Assembly (NCBI GenBank): GCA_965216565.1
Contig: OZ244170.1
Span: 896,001-960,000, forward strand
Direction of reading: 5' to 3'
DNA length: 64,000 nucleotides
DNA from: Bythopirellula sp.
GTDB taxonomy: Bacteria > Planctomycetota > Planctomycetia > Pirellulales > Lacipirellulaceae
The notes under the pieces are model-generated. The model saw nothing but the letters and a program-made list of their open reading frames with translations, was not told where the DNA came from and made no database searches. Each line of letters begins with the position of its first letter. Position 1 is the first letter of the stretch. The position numbers and the translations under genes are program-made. Shown here piece after piece: positions 1-11,671 of the stretch.

Positions 1-5
1 AAAAA

Positions 6-1976
6 ATGGGCCGAAACTACCAGTTCCGATCCATCAATCAGTCCGGCGAACAAACCACAATGCACGATCCCTACTCATTTGATCCGTTGATTTCAGACTT
101 CGACCTCCATTTGCTCGGCGAAGGTCGTCACTGGGATTGCTACCGCAAACTAGGTGCCCATCGGCGGGAAGTGAATGGCATCGAAGGCGTGAACTTCGCC
201 GTGTGGGCTCCAAATGCTGAGAGCGTCAGTGTTGTGGGCGACTTCAACAAATGGGATCGCCGCACCCATGCCATGCGTAAGCACGGGCCAGGAGGAATTT
301 GGGAAATCTTCGTTCCCGATTTGAAACTAGGGACCCTCTACAAGTTTTCCGTCAAGCAGCAGGGCGGGCATGTGATCGACAAGATCGATCCCTATGGTTT
401 CGCCGCAGAGGTGCCACCGCTGACTGCGAACATCGTTTCGGATCTTGATGCCTATCAGTGGAAAGACGACGAGTGGATGAACAGTCGTGAAATCCACAAC
501 GGTCTCGACGCGCCGATGTCTGTGTACGAGGTTCATTTGGGGAGCTGGCGACGCAACCACAATGGTGAAGGGCAGTGGCAGAACTATCGTGACCTGGCTC
601 ACCAACTGGTCGACTACTGCAAAGAGATGAACTACACCCATCTCGAGTTGATGCCAGTGAGCGAACATCCCTTCACGGGTAGCTGGGGATATCAAACCGT
701 CGGTTACTTTGCCGCGACCAGCCGCTACGGTTCACCAGAAGACTTCCAGTACTTTGTCGATCATTGCCATCAGAACGGAATTGGCGTGTTGATCGATTGG
801 GTGCCGGCCCATTTCCCCAAAGATGGCCATGGCCTTGATACCTACGACGGTTCCGCACTCTACGAACACTCCGATCCTCGGCAGGGCGAGCACCCTGACT
901 GGGGAACCAAAATCTTCAACTACGGCCGCAACGAGGTTAGCAACTTTCTGATCTCAAACGCATTGTTCTGGCTGGACAAATACCACATTGATGGCTTGCG
1001 AGTCGATGCAGTCGCCTCGATGCTTTATCTCGATTACAGTCGGGAAGATGGTGACTGGATTCCCAACGAATTCGGCGGACGCGAGAATCTGCAAGCGATT
1101 GATTTCATTAAGGAATTCAATGAGCAAGTTCACCTCCAATACCCTGGCGTATTAACAATTGCTGAAGAGTCAACTGCCTTTGGCGGTGTGTCGCGGCCAA
1201 CGTATCTGGGTGGACTCGGTTTTAGCCTGAAGTGGAACATGGGCTGGATGAACGACACGCTCAGCTACATGCGGCACGAACCGATTCATCGTCAGTACCA
1301 CCACGATGAACTAACATTCTCACTCATTTACGCCTTCAGCGAAAACTTCGCTTTGCCGTTTTCGCACGACGAAGTGGTGCATGGCAAAGGGTCGCTACTC
1401 GACCAAATGCCCGGCGACCTGTGGCAGCGATTTGCCAACCTGCGGTTGCTCTACGGTTATCAGTGGACTCATCCCGGCAAGAAATTGCAGTTTATGGGCT
1501 GCGAGATTGCCCAGTGGCAGGAGTGGGATTGCGAGAGCGAATTGCAGTGGGACTTGCTGCAATGGGATCTGCACAAAGGCATGCAAAAAATGGTCTCTGA
1601 CCTAAATGATGTGTACCGTCGCGAGCCGGCACTTCATCAGGTCGATTTCGACTGGACCGGTTTCGAATGGATTGATAGTCACAATTACACCGACAGCGTG
1701 ATGGTCTATATTCGCAAGGCGGAAGATCCGGACGACTTTATTTTCGTCGCGTGCAACTTTACGCCCGTCGTCAGGCACAACTATCGTTTGGGCGTGCCGG
1801 CTGAGGGTTGGTATGACGAGATATTCAATACCGACTCGCAGTTCTATGGCGGGAGCAACGTCGGCAACTACCCGGGTGTGGAAGCTCAGCCAACGGAAAG
1901 CCATAGCAGGCCGTACTCCATCGAGCTAACCCTGCCCCCGCTTAGCGTTGTGATGCTCAAGCCGCGCCGACAATAG
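6..1976 (+). CDS. glgB: 1,4-alpha-glucan branching enzyme (probably 5'-truncated by window edge)
   Basis: GH13 motifs [49 protein letters not shown]. Confidence 0.97.
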   Translation: MGRNYQFRSINQSGEQTTMHDPYSFDPLISDFDLHLLGEGRHWDCYRKLGAHRREVNGIEGVNFAVWAPNAESVSVVGDFNKWDRRTHAMRKHGPGGIWEIFVPDLKLGTLYKFSVKQQGGHVIDKIDPYGFAAEVPPLTANIVSDLDAYQWKDDEWMNSREIHNGLDAPMSVYEVHLGSWRRNHNGEGQWQNYRDLAHQLVDYCKEMNYTHLELMPVSEHPFTGSWGYQTVGYFAATSRYGSPEDFQYFVDHCHQNGIGVLIDWVPAHFPKDGHGLDTYDGSALYEHSDPRQGEHPDWGTKIFNYGRNEVSNFLISNALFWLDKYHIDGLRVDAVASMLYLDYSREDGDWIPNEFGGRENLQAIDFIKEFNEQVHLQYPGVLTIAEESTAFGGVSRPTYLGGLGFSLKWNMGWMNDTLSYMRHEPIHRQYHHDELTFSLIYAFSENFALPFSHDEVVHGKGSLLDQMPGDLWQRFANLRLLYGYQWTHPGKKLQFMGCEIAQWQEWDCESELQWDLLQWDLHKGMQKMVSDLNDVYRREPALHQVDFDWTGFEWIDSHNYTDSVMVYIRKAEDPDDFIFVACNFTPVVRHNYRLGVPAEGWYDEIFNTDSQFYGGSNVGNYPGVEAQPTESHSRPYSIELTLPPLSVVMLKPRRQ

Positions 1977-1985
1977 CAGGCGACT

Positions 1986-4241
1986 TTACTCGCCCGTACC
2001 TCGCAAGAACTGCTGCAAACGCTGGCCATCTAAGCCGGCTCGCTGGAATATTTGACCAATCAAGGCCCGCTGCATGCGTTGCGAGCGGAAGGCTTGCATG
2101 ATTTGCATCGCCTGCGAGGAATTTACCTCTGCCAGGAACGCTTGGTGAAGCTCGTCTTCGGTGCGTTCCTTTTGATCGACCCGCACGACATAGACGTCTG
2201 AACCGTCGAAATTGGGTAGTGCCACTACCTCGTTATCTTCCAAGGTAAAGACACGCTTGAGAAACTCGTCGCCAATGTGCTCCAGCGGAGGTACTTCGCT
2301 GAGTCGGGGCCCACGTCGCATCTCGGCCGCTGTGCTACCAAAGCTAAACCGGCTGAAAAAGTCGGTGACCACAACTTCATACTTCTCTTGATCGACGGCC
2401 GCCATCAGGGAAGAGCCTTCCTCCTCGGCTTTCTTGGCGATTTCCTGGCCTTTCTCTAGCGCCAATCGTTTGGCTTCGGCCATCTTCCAAGCTTCAGCAA
2501 CCTCTTCGCGGGCTTCTTCGAATGGTGGAGTCTGGGGAGCAATATCCTCGACTTTCAACACCAAGTAACGATAGCCATCGATGTCTACTGCAAGGGCAGG
2601 TTGGTAGGGCTTGAGCGTTTGGAAGGCCATCTGCACGACCGGCATAGTGGCCGTTTGCGAATCAATCGCCTTGCCAACAGCTGTCTTGCTTAGCTCCGAG
2701 GCCGTCAGGGGAACTGTCTCTTCCAGAAACAGGCCCTTCTCCTCGGCTAAGCCCGACAGGTCGGCCAATTCTTCCGGTACCTCAGGTGGATCGGTTTTGT
2801 CCGCCTCAGCAGCAACAACCTTCACTCCGTAGCGATTGTAGACGCTCGTGAGTGTGCTGTAGGCGCTATCCATTGCGCGAGACATCTCTTCAACCGCCTT
2901 ATCGGTGGCAAGTTGACGCCGAATTTGGTCGCGGACTTTGTCCAAGGGTTCGTAACGCGATTCGTCGTCATCTTCGTCTGCACCATCTTCTTCTGCAACG
3001 GTATCGGCTTGCTCCGATTCCTCAGAGTCGTCTGTATCGTTGGACTCGACATCGGTTTCGTTGCCAGACTCCTCTAGATCATCCTGGAAGGCAGCGAGGC
3101 GGAAGGGGCTTGGTTGGGAAACATTACCAGAGTCTTCGCCGGCAGGCTTTGCATCGGCGTCGTCTGATTCTTCCGAGTCAGATTCCGCTTCTTCCGAGTT
3201 TGAATTCTCCTCCGTCGAGTCTGCGTCGTCTTCTGATGCATTTTCGAAAATCTCGTCGAGCATGCCCGAGTTGTCGTCATCGAAGACCGAATCGAATTTA
3301 ACAAATTGAGTTCGTTTGTTGCGTTCGTAGTAGTCGGCGATTTCCTCGTCGGTCACCTTGTCGAGCATTTTTTCAGTCCAGGCCGTTACGTCGCCCAGCA
3401 GGAATTTCAGCTTCACCTTTCGGGGTTGTCTAAAACCGGCAGTCGGCGCTGGAAATTCCTTTCCGCCACGTCGGACGACACCGCCGTCGAACTGATTCTT
3501 GTGGCTTTCGTAGAAGTCCACGAGCTGCACCTCGGAAGGTTCTTCCACCTGGGAGAGGAAATCTTCGGCAGGAAGTATGGCTGCTTGGAGTTTGATGCGA
3601 TTGTTGAGCGTCAGCCATTCGTTCCAAATCAGCGAAGGATCAGCACCTTCCAACGAAGTGGAAAGGCTCTGCATATAGTTGTTGCCGAGCAACAGTTCGC
3701 GAAGGCCTTCGAATAAAACTTGTTCGCTCGTGGCGGGATTTTTGTATCGACCGACCCGCTGCAACACCTGGCTGATTTCGCCATCTTCTACCCGCCCCAA
3801 ACCAATCTCGCCCAGGTAGTGGTTGATGATTTCATCGGAGACGACCATCCCAGAATCCTTGGCCAAGTCTGCCAAGACCCGATCGAATACGACTTGTTCC
3901 GCAACTGTCTCTGGCTTGGCATCTCGATTGATGAAAAAGGGAGTCACAGACGGTTCAATATTGGTACCACCTTCTGCTTCGACGCGGGAACGACCGCCCG
4001 CATAAATATTTTGTAGCACTTCGCTAATGAAGTAGCGTCTTTGCTGCAGATTTCGGATTTCTCCAACGGTTATTTCGCCGCCCGACCAGCTCGTGACAAC
4101 TGTATCTTCGCGTCCATTCTGGTCGGAAGACATCATGCTGGTAAACATGTCTGCAAACACAAAGACAACCATTGCCAGCACTGCGGCAACAGCTAGAAAA
4201 ACCTTCTGGTGCTTGCGGAATAGGGAAAACGGGCTCGCCAT
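1986..4241 (-). CDS. SurA/PpiD-like membrane-anchored periplasmic chaperone-like protein with long acidic linker
   Basis: N-terminal FRKHQK plus TM helix; 'GMVVSDE.I' and 'PFEEAREEV' segments typical of PpiD/SurA-like proteins; start chosen at ATG 4241 (MASPFSLFRK). Confidence 0.6.
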   Translation of the reverse strand: MASPFSLFRKHQKVFLAVAAVLAMVVFVFADMFTSMMSSDQNGREDTVVTSWSGGEITVGEIRNLQQRRYFISEVLQNIYAGGRSRVEAEGGTNIEPSVTPFFINRDAKPETVAEQVVFDRVLADLAKDSGMVVSDEIINHYLGEIGLGRVEDGEISQVLQRVGRYKNPATSEQVLFEGLRELLLGNNYMQSLSTSLEGADPSLIWNEWLTLNNRIKLQAAILPAEDFLSQVEEPSEVQLVDFYESHKNQFDGGVVRRGGKEFPAPTAGFRQPRKVKLKFLLGDVTAWTEKMLDKVTDEEIADYYERNKRTQFVKFDSVFDDDNSGMLDEIFENASEDDADSTEENSNSEEAESDSEESDDADAKPAGEDSGNVSQPSPFRLAAFQDDLEESGNETDVESNDTDDSEESEQADTVAEEDGADEDDDESRYEPLDKVRDQIRRQLATDKAVEEMSRAMDSAYSTLTSVYNRYGVKVVAAEADKTDPPEVPEELADLSGLAEEKGLFLEETVPLTASELSKTAVGKAIDSQTATMPVVQMAFQTLKPYQPALAVDIDGYRYLVLKVEDIAPQTPPFEEAREEVAEAWKMAEAKRLALEKGQEIAKKAEEEGSSLMAAVDQEKYEVVVTDFFSRFSFGSTAAEMRRGPRLSEVPPLEHIGDEFLKRVFTLEDNEVVALPNFDGSDVYVVRVDQKERTEDELHQAFLAEVNSSQAMQIMQAFRSQRMQRALIGQIFQRAGLDGQRLQQFLRGTGE

Positions 4242-4673
4242 AGATGTGTCCGGGAAGATCGAAGACCGATTTGCAGCCACTTGACAGCTTGACCGGTGCA
4301 GCAGTAATGATTGTGGTAATGTACCACCGATTAGATGGCCCGTGATTCTATTGCAGATTGACGTAAATGCAATCCCAATCGGTAGTGTCGGCGAGAGCCA
4401 GCGTCAGGGGACGGAACCCGTCGGGTTGAGTGGAGACCAAATTGGAATCTCTCAAACTGCCCAAGTTAACGGATAAATGCCGCCCAAACGGGGGGTTTTT
4501 GTCGTTTGGTTCAGACCAATGGCAGAGGTACGAAGGGTTGTTTGTCCGGTTGAGGCTGGTAAGGATTGGTCCGATCAACAGGCGGAACGAGACTTTACTC
4601 ACGCCAGACCCATATATATGCGGATAAACAACCACATTAGCCCATCCGGAACGAGAATCAGACTTTATCAACC

Positions 4674-7424
4674 ATGGCGAAGAAAAAGACATCCTCCGCA
4701 GCCAGTGGCAAAGGCCAGGCCCTGGTAATCGTAGAATCGCCGGCCAAGGCGAAAACCATTGGCAAATATCTTGGCAAAGGTTTTCGTGTTGAGGCCAGCA
4801 TCGGCCATATTCGCGACCTGCCCCAAGGTGCCAAGCAGATCCCTGCCAAATATAAGGGAGAGAGCTGGTCGAATCTCGGCGTCAACGTCGAGGACGAGTT
4901 CAAGCCAATCTACGTCATCCCTCCCGGCAAGTCGAAGCAGATCAAGCTGCTGAAGGATCAACTCAAAGAATCGAACGCTCTGTATCTGGCGACGGACGAA
5001 GACCGCGAAGGAGAGGCCATCAGTTGGCACCTGATGGAAGTCCTCAAACCGAAAGTGCCGGTGCATCGGTTGGTTTTTCACGAAATCACCAAAGATGCCA
5101 TCCAGGAGGCATTGGCCGGTCCTCGCGAAGTGGACGAAGGGATGGTGCGTGCTCAGGAAACTCGCCGTATTCTCGATCGCCTCTTTGGCTACGAAGTTTC
5201 GCCTTTGCTGTGGCGGAAGGTTCGGCCAAAGCTCTCGGCTGGACGCGTGCAAAGCGTAGCCGTGCGTTTGATTGTCGAACGTGAACGCGAGCGGATGGCT
5301 TTTGTTTCGGGAACTTGGTGGGACTTGCTTGGCATGTTTGCTAAAGACGATGGTCAGTCCCTTGAAGCACCCCTGATGACCGTCTCCGGCAAAAAGATCC
5401 CCTCGGGAAAAGACTTCGATTCAACGAACGGCAAGTTGAAGAGCGACGACTTTATGTTGCTCGACGAACAAGCGGCTCGTGATCTGATTGCCAAAATCCA
5501 GCAGGGCGAATTTAAGGTTACCTCGGTAGAAGAGAAACCGTACTCCTCGAAGCCTTCGCCACCGTTTACTACGAGTACGCTGCAGCAGGAATGCAATCGC
5601 AAGCTCGGCTTCACAGCCCGTCGCGCGATGCAGGTGGCCCAGAGCCTGTATGAAAATGGCCACATCACTTACATGCGAACCGACTCGACGAATCTAGCCA
5701 AGGTGGCGATCGAGGACGCCCGCGACCTCGTCGAGCGTAATTACGGGGCCGACCATCTTCCCGACAAGCCGCGGGAATATAAGTCGAAAGTTAAGAACGC
5801 CCAGGAAGCTCACGAAGCGATCCGCCCTGCAGGCCATCCGTTCGAATTGCCCGAGGCAATGAAGACGCAGCTTAACAACGACGAATTTCGATTGTTCGAT
5901 TTGATTTGGAAGCGGACGATTGCCAGCCAGATGGCTGATGCCCGTGGCCGCCGGATTGTGGTGGTCATCGAAGGCGAAGATTGCCGGTTCCAAGTCAGCG
6001 GTAAAACGATCGACTTCCCCGGCTACTTGCGGGCTTACGTCGAAGGCTCTGACGATCCCAACGCCGAATTGGCCGATCAGGAAAAGGCGCTGCCCAATGT
6101 CGAGGTCGGCGAAGTGCTCAAGTGTACGTCGCTTGATGCCAAGGAGCACTGGACGCAACCACCCGGACGGTTCAGCGAAGCCTCGCTCACGAAGGCTTTG
6201 GAAGAACGCGGTATCGGCCGACCGAGTACTTATGCGTCGATTATCGATACAATTCTGGCGCGTAACTACGTGTTCAAAAAGGCTAGCGCGTTGGTGCCCA
6301 CCTGGGTGGCGTTCTCGGTGGTGACTCTACTCGAAGAGAATCTCGAAAACTTAGTCGACTATCGCTTTACCGCACAGATGGAAGATGATCTCGATTCGAT
6401 CAGCCGCGGCGAGCAGGGGCATATTGACTACCTGGAGAAATTCTACTTCGGCAACGGCAGCCCTGGGCTCAAGAAGCAGTTAGAAAACAAGATCGATGAG
6501 ATCGACCCGGCCAAGATCAGCCGTATCTACATCGGCCAGCCCGAAGGTGGCGAGCCTGTTTATGTGCGTGTCGGACGTTACTCTCCCTACGTGGAGCAGG
6601 GAGAACGCACCGCGTCGCTCAAGGATGAAACTCCACCCGACGAGGTCACCCTGGAATCGGCTCTCAAACTTCTCGAGCAGGCCGAGATCGCTGAGGAGCC
6701 TTTAGGCACCTGCCCCACGACCAACAAGCCAGTGTACCTGAAGGTCGGACGCTTCGGTCCCTATGTGCAGCGCGGCCATCCCGATGACGAAGAGAAGCCC
6801 CAGAATGCGGGTCTGCTGAAAGGCATGGAGCCGGAACAGGTCGATTTCGAAACGGCACTGAAGCTGCTTTCGCTGCCGCGTGAGTTGGGCGTTCATCCCG
6901 CCACGGAAGATTCGCGTAGCGAAAAGCCGGTGATGGCCTTCAATGGTCGTTACGGACCGTACGTGAAGTGTGGCGACGAAACTCGATCGTTGCCGGCAGA
7001 AGTTTCGCCGCTGGATGTCACGATGCAGCAGGCGGTGGAACTGTTGGCCCAACCGAAAACTCGTGGACGGGGTGCCGCGGCAAAGAAAGAGCCGCTCAAG
7101 ACGTTCGACCCTTCGCCCGTCACCGAAAAGCCAGTCCAGATTCTTGATGGTCGCTATGGGCCATACATCACCGATGGCGAAACCAACGTTTCGCTCCGCA
7201 AGGGGATGGTGACCGAAGAGATTACTTTTGACGAGGCGGTATCGATGCTTGCGGAAAAGGCCGCCCAAGGCCCGCCGAAGAAAAAGAAGAAGAAAGCCAA
7301 AAAGAAGGCCGCCAAGAAAAAGTCGACAACCAAGAAGAAATCTACAACGAAAAAGAAGGCGGCGAAGAAGAAATCCACGACTAAGAAGTCGACAGCGAAG
7401 AAAGCAACTAAGAAAAAGGCTTAG
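4674..7424 (+). CDS. topA: DNA topoisomerase I (type IA) with C-terminal GRYGPY repeats and Lys-rich tail
   Basis: IVESPAKAKTI, ATDEDREGE, SAGRVQS, ITYMRTDS, GIGRPSTY; repeated GR[YF][GS]PY. Confidence 0.98.
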   Translation: MAKKKTSSAASGKGQALVIVESPAKAKTIGKYLGKGFRVEASIGHIRDLPQGAKQIPAKYKGESWSNLGVNVEDEFKPIYVIPPGKSKQIKLLKDQLKESNALYLATDEDREGEAISWHLMEVLKPKVPVHRLVFHEITKDAIQEALAGPREVDEGMVRAQETRRILDRLFGYEVSPLLWRKVRPKLSAGRVQSVAVRLIVERERERMAFVSGTWWDLLGMFAKDDGQSLEAPLMTVSGKKIPSGKDFDSTNGKLKSDDFMLLDEQAARDLIAKIQQGEFKVTSVEEKPYSSKPSPPFTTSTLQQECNRKLGFTARRAMQVAQSLYENGHITYMRTDSTNLAKVAIEDARDLVERNYGADHLPDKPREYKSKVKNAQEAHEAIRPAGHPFELPEAMKTQLNNDEFRLFDLIWKRTIASQMADARGRRIVVVIEGEDCRFQVSGKTIDFPGYLRAYVEGSDDPNAELADQEKALPNVEVGEVLKCTSLDAKEHWTQPPGRFSEASLTKALEERGIGRPSTYASIIDTILARNYVFKKASALVPTWVAFSVVTLLEENLENLVDYRFTAQMEDDLDSISRGEQGHIDYLEKFYFGNGSPGLKKQLENKIDEIDPAKISRIYIGQPEGGEPVYVRVGRYSPYVEQGERTASLKDETPPDEVTLESALKLLEQAEIAEEPLGTCPTTNKPVYLKVGRFGPYVQRGHPDDEEKPQNAGLLKGMEPEQVDFETALKLLSLPRELGVHPATEDSRSEKPVMAFNGRYGPYVKCGDETRSLPAEVSPLDVTMQQAVELLAQPKTRGRGAAAKKEPLKTFDPSPVTEKPVQILDGRYGPYITDGETNVSLRKGMVTEEITFDEAVSMLAEKAAQGPPKKKKKKAKKKAAKKKSTTKKKSTTKKKAAKKKSTTKKSTAKKATKKKA

Positions 7425-7428
7425 TTTG

Positions 7429-7833
7429 ATGACGCTGCGGAGTATTATCACAGATTCAGTCGTCCTCCCAGCCCCTGCCTATGAACTGTTCGAGATGTAT
7501 CTCGACTCCCGACAGCATGAGGCCATTACGGGGCATCCGACGACGGTCGATTCGAAAACTGGTTCACCATTTAAGGCCTTCGATGGTATGCTCACCGGCA
7601 CGATGTTGCGTGCAGTTCGGCCGCAACTCATCGTGCAATCTTGGCGATCGGCCCACTTTCACGACGACGATGTCGATTCCACGCTGATACTTATGTTCAC
7701 ACCAGCCGGCGACCAAGAAGGCCGCATTGATCTGGTGCATTTAGACGTCCCGTCACACGATTACCAGCAGGTGGTCGAGGGATGGAAGACGCACTATTGG
7801 GAGCCATGGCGGAAGTATCTTGGCTCTCATTGA
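7429..7833 (+). CDS. SRPBCC/AHSA1-like domain protein
   Basis: 'LIVQSWR...W..YWEP' AHSA1-like pattern; ATG 4 nt after the topA stop. Confidence 0.8.
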   Translation: MTLRSIITDSVVLPAPAYELFEMYLDSRQHEAITGHPTTVDSKTGSPFKAFDGMLTGTMLRAVRPQLIVQSWRSAHFHDDDVDSTLILMFTPAGDQEGRIDLVHLDVPSHDYQQVVEGWKTHYWEPWRKYLGSH

Positions 7834-7842
7834 CGAGAGACG

Positions 7843-8250
7843 TTAGCCGGTCGGTTCGGGGGCCAATCCCTCGGCCACGGCATATGCCGTGGCGTGACTG
7901 CGGCAGTGCGAGATGCTGATGTGCATTTTGCGGATGCCGGACTGCTCGAACACTTCCTTGGCTCCACCGCAGAGGGCGATGGTCGGTGCTCCGCCTTGCT
8001 TGTTCCGTACTTCGACATCACGCCACGAGATGCCGCGTCGCCAGCCGGTACCCAATGCCTTCAGCACGGCCTCCTTGGCAGCCCAGCGACCAGCGTAATG
8101 CTGGGTGGCGGCCTTCTTGGTCGAGCAATAACCGATCTCATGCTCGGTATAGACGCGGCGGATAAACAGGTCGCCGTGGCGTTCGATCATCTGCGCGATT
8201 CGCAGACACTCAATGATGTCGGTGCCAATGCCAAATATTTGCGTGGACAC
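7843..8250 (-). CDS. acpS: holo-[acyl-carrier-protein] synthase
   Basis: GIGTDI, AGRWAAKEAVLKALGTG, HISISH. Confidence 0.95.
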   Translation of the reverse strand: MSTQIFGIGTDIIECLRIAQMIERHGDLFIRRVYTEHEIGYCSTKKAATQHYAGRWAAKEAVLKALGTGWRRGISWRDVEVRNKQGGAPTIALCGGAKEVFEQSGIRKMHISISHCRSHATAYAVAEGLAPEPTG

Positions 8251-8292
8251 GATGGACTGCTTTCCGCTTTTATCAGATTGATTAAACTAGGA

Positions 8293-8384
8293 GCCACGGA
8301 GATCACAGAGGACACGGAGAAACGTGGACATGCTGTGTTTATCTCAAGGATTTCTTTCTCTCTTATCTCTGTGAACTCTGTGGC
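8293..8384. repeat. Intergenic palindromic element, 'CACAGAG' family
   Basis: gccacggagatcacagag ... tctctgtgaactctgtggc arms; same family at 42647-42963 and 44532-44708. Confidence 0.8.
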
Positions 8385-8407
8385 ATTTGATTTTAGTAAT
8401 AGACAGT

Positions 8408-9376
8408 CTAGTAGCCCTTCAAACCACAGGCGTTCTGGGCGCGTTCCAGTACCTCTCCTGCTTTGCGGCGAGCCAGCGAGGCACCGGTTGCCAGGATATC
8501 GCGTACGTCATCGGGTCGAGAGGACCAATCGTCGCGTTGCGCGCGCGCTTCGGAAAAGAAGGCTTCCGCAGCCTCAGCCAGCGACTTCTTTACGTCGCCA
8601 TAGCCAAAACCTCCGCGACGGTACATGGCCGCCATCTCCTCGCATTGTTGCTCGGAAGCCACTAGCGAGTAGAGCTGATACAACACATCGTTCTCTGGTT
8701 CCTTAGGCTCTTCCATTGGACGCGAGTCAGTGGCGATCCGCATAATCTGTTTCCGCTGTGGTTTGACTTCGTCGAACACGGCTAGAAAGTTGTTGTAGCT
8801 CTTCGACATCTTTTCGCCGTCGGTACCAGGGACTCGGGCTGAGCTATCGAGAACTTTGGCTTTCGGCAAGACGAAGACTTCACCAAACTCGTGATTAAAA
8901 CTGCCGGCGATGTCGCGGGTAACCTCGATGTGCTGCACTTGGTCTTCACCCACGGGGACAATGTCGCTGTCGTAACCTAGGATGTCGGCTGCCTGGAGCA
9001 CAGGGTAGGCAAACAAACCCACGTCAGCGGAAAGTCCTTTGGCCTTTTTATCTTTGTAAGCATGGCACCGTTCGAGGAGGCCCATCGGTGTGCCTGTCAT
9101 CAGCAACCAGCAAAGTTCGCTAATCTCGGGAACATCCGACTGCACAAAGAGCACCGCCTGCTCGGGATCCAGCCCGAGGGCGAGCAAGTCCATTGCCGCG
9201 TCGAGCGTGTACTGTGCCAATTGCTCTTGATCGCGGACGGTGGTCAGGGCGTGCAAATTGGCGATGAAGTAAAACGCCTGCTCGTTGTTTTGCAGATCGA
9301 TGTACTGTGTGATCGCTCCGAAGTAGTTGCCCCAATGAGGCCGCCCGGTTGGTTGGATACCGCTGAGTACACGCAT
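8408..9376 (-). CDS. trpS: tryptophan--tRNA ligase
   Basis: [36 protein letters not shown]. Confidence 0.97.
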   Translation of the reverse strand: MRVLSGIQPTGRPHWGNYFGAITQYIDLQNNEQAFYFIANLHALTTVRDQEQLAQYTLDAAMDLLALGLDPEQAVLFVQSDVPEISELCWLLMTGTPMGLLERCHAYKDKKAKGLSADVGLFAYPVLQAADILGYDSDIVPVGEDQVQHIEVTRDIAGSFNHEFGEVFVLPKAKVLDSSARVPGTDGEKMSKSYNNFLAVFDEVKPQRKQIMRIATDSRPMEEPKEPENDVLYQLYSLVASEQQCEEMAAMYRRGGFGYGDVKKSLAEAAEAFFSEARAQRDDWSSRPDDVRDILATGASLARRKAGEVLERAQNACGLKGY

Positions 9377-9476
9377 GTGGAAATGTAAGATGTTAGATGT
9401 GTGATTTATGATGTAGATGGAAGTTGGACGATTGCTCAGAGAATAACATCAACAATCACACATCTCACATCATACA
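9377..9476. repeat. Inverted array of degenerate ~7-nt repeats (ATGT[GT]AG / CACATCT)
   Basis: atgtaagatgttagatgtgtg... mirrored by ...cacacatctcacatc; similar at 20024-20110. Confidence 0.6.
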
Positions 9477-10387
9477 TGTAAGGTTCCTACGACTTCCGCC
9501 ACACTTGAGGCACCGAGCTCGGCGAGGGCACCGGGTAGTGCGTCGAGAATCGTCATCGAGGCAGTTGGATTGTAGAAGTTCACTGTCCCCAGTTGAACCG
9601 CCGTTGCCCCGGCGACCAGGAATTCCATCACGTCGTCGATCGTGGCGATGCCGCCAATCCCAATGATTGGCGTGTCGGTTGCTTGAGCCGCTTGGTAGAC
9701 GGCTCGGAGCGCGATCGGTTTGATAGCCGGGCCGCTCAGTCCGCCCATCACGTTGCCCAGCAGCGGCTTACGAGCCCGCCAATCGATGGCCATGCTAAGG
9801 CAGGTGTTGACCAGAGAAAGGGCGTCAGCGCCTCCCTGAGCTGCTGCGGTGGCCATCTCGGGCACGCTGGTGACGTTGGGTGTAAGTTTGGCAATCAGGG
9901 GGTGCCGGCAGGCCGCCCGGCACTCGGCGACGAGTTTCTCGCACATCGCCGGATCGGTGCCAAAGTCGACGCCACCGCTGACGTTGGGGCAAGAAACATT
10001 CAGCTCGACCGCTCCCACGCCCTCGTGCTCTGCAAGCTGCGCTGCCATGGCCACGAATTCATCGTGAGTGCGTCCCGCGATGCTCACCACGAGTGTGGGC
10101 TCCAGGCTCGCCAAGTAGGGTAGGTGGTGAGCGACGAAGGCGTCGATGCCGTCATTGTCGAGCCCGATCGAATTCAACATCCCCGAGGCCGTTTCGACGG
10201 TTCGCCAGGGTGCATTTCCTTGCCGGGGCTCTTTGGTGATCGTCTTCGGGAGAATTCCACCTAGTCGAGACAAATCGACCAATTTCGCCATTTCGCGTGC
10301 GTATCCAAAAGTTCCAGAGGCGACTAGAACGGGATTGGCCAATTCCAATCGGCCTAGGGTCACACTTAGTTCGACTTTTGAGGACAA
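9470..10387 (-). CDS. pyrD: dihydroorotate dehydrogenase (family 1B catalytic subunit)
   Basis: [39 protein letters not shown]. Confidence 0.95.
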   Translation of the reverse strand: MSSKVELSVTLGRLELANPVLVASGTFGYAREMAKLVDLSRLGGILPKTITKEPRQGNAPWRTVETASGMLNSIGLDNDGIDAFVAHHLPYLASLEPTLVVSIAGRTHDEFVAMAAQLAEHEGVGAVELNVSCPNVSGGVDFGTDPAMCEKLVAECRAACRHPLIAKLTPNVTSVPEMATAAAQGGADALSLVNTCLSMAIDWRARKPLLGNVMGGLSGPAIKPIALRAVYQAAQATDTPIIGIGGIATIDDVMEFLVAGATAVQLGTVNFYNPTASMTILDALPGALAELGASSVAEVVGTLHV

Positions 10388-10576
10388 CTTCGGTTCTGAT
10401 GCGATTTGGGGAAGGCCGATTGTTAGCGGCTGGTTGGAAGGGGGGATTTGTTCCCCTAGGGATCACCAGCAGCAATCTACCGTAGAATCCAGAGTACGGG
10501 GAGGCGGGCGCGCAAAGATAGCGCTGGCCTAGATTTCAGGCTTTGACGAGATAAGCTTGGTTAGCCTAGGGAAACC

Positions 10577-10792
10577 CTAAATGATGCCGCCGTGAATGCT
10601 GTGTGGCTGCAGATGGGAGGGTTGGTCAAGAAACCAAATCCGTTCCCATTCATCCAATGCCTGACGCAGGTTTTCGGATGTGAAAATCAGCTGCTGGGCA
10701 CGTCGGGCCGGATCGGCCGAGTATCCTGGCAGCAAACAGCCTGTACACGACAGGGTGCAAGCGGCAATCAGCGCAAAAAGCCAAATTCGCAT
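10577..10792 (-). CDS. small lipoprotein (planctomycete-type hypothetical)
   Basis: GGAG RBS; MRIWLFALIAACTLSCTGC lipobox; C-terminal EWERIWFLDQPSHL...HGGII. Confidence 0.7.
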   Translation of the reverse strand: MRIWLFALIAACTLSCTGCLLPGYSADPARRAQQLIFTSENLRQALDEWERIWFLDQPSHLQPHSIHGGII

Positions 10793-11144
10793 TTGGTTGC
10801 TCCTCCATGAGCATGCGAAACAGACCGTCGTCCAGGGGGGAAGACGCCTATTTCTGTGCGACGAGCCAATTGATCTAGCTTCCCAGACCTTCTGACACGT
10901 CAGTCCCACAATAGTGATAAGTAGTTTGGGCCGCCTTGCTTCCGTCAAATCTTGACGGTAGTCGGGCGAGCCCTGGTAGAAAAGTCGGCGGAGACTAGCG
11001 AAATCGCCCAACTGCGCCGAGAGCAATATCGGACCCCACGCGTGTTGGGCTTCACCAAACCTGCAGGCTGTTAAGATAGGCAGAGACAGAACTGCTCGCT
11101 AGCAGCACAGCTACCATCACCTTGGCCTCAGACGCGGAAGGGCT

Positions 11145-11561
11145 TTAGCCCCCGGAGTTCGACTCGTAACTCGTTGCAGGCGAGAAACTTTGGTCGGGCG
11201 AAGGTGGCGCGGGTGCCGTTTGGTTAGCAGGGGGGGAGTTGGCATTCGCCTGTTCAGCGGCTGCTTGCTCAGCAGCTCGACGTTCCAACTCACGGACCCG
11301 CTCTTCCATCTCTTTGCCCGGCTTGAACGTCACCACAAACTTTTCTGGGACAAAGACTTTCTCGCCGGTGCGGGGATTGCGAGCCTTACGGGCGGCACGC
11401 TGCTTGACCTCAAAGACGCCGAAATTACGGAGCTCGATGCGCCGATCCTCGACCAAGGTATCAACGATGGCATCAAAGGTTTTCTGGACGATTTCCTTAG
11501 TCTTTAATTGGGTGAGACCAATCTCCTCCGAAATGGTCTTTACGATCTCTTTTTTCGTCAC
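11145..11561 (-). CDS. integration host factor/HU family DNA-binding protein with Pro-rich tail
   Basis: [27 protein letters not shown]. Confidence 0.95.
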   Translation of the reverse strand: MTKKEIVKTISEEIGLTQLKTKEIVQKTFDAIVDTLVEDRRIELRNFGVFEVKQRAARKARNPRTGEKVFVPEKFVVTFKPGKEMEERVRELERRAAEQAAAEQANANSPPANQTAPAPPSPDQSFSPATSYESNSGG

Positions 11562-11642
11562 GACGAGGTCCCCTTGATTGAAAAGGATCGCTGCTAGGAT
11601 GGGCGAGGAAACGACCCTATTTCAATGCAGCTTATCGCTCCA

Positions 11643-11671
11643 AGTGTAATTGTCATAAGCATTAGTGTCAA
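11643..11671 (-). promoter_or_regulatory. sigma70-type promoter for IHF/HU gene
   Basis: minus strand TTGACA-N17-TACACT. Confidence 0.7.

Noticed and set aside
7228..7428. Arg-rich N-terminal extension of the SRPBCC ORF, possible frameshift fusion with topA
   Set aside because: It is the alternate frame of the Lys-rich tail. topA has its own stop and there is an ATG at 7429, with no evidence of programmed shifting.
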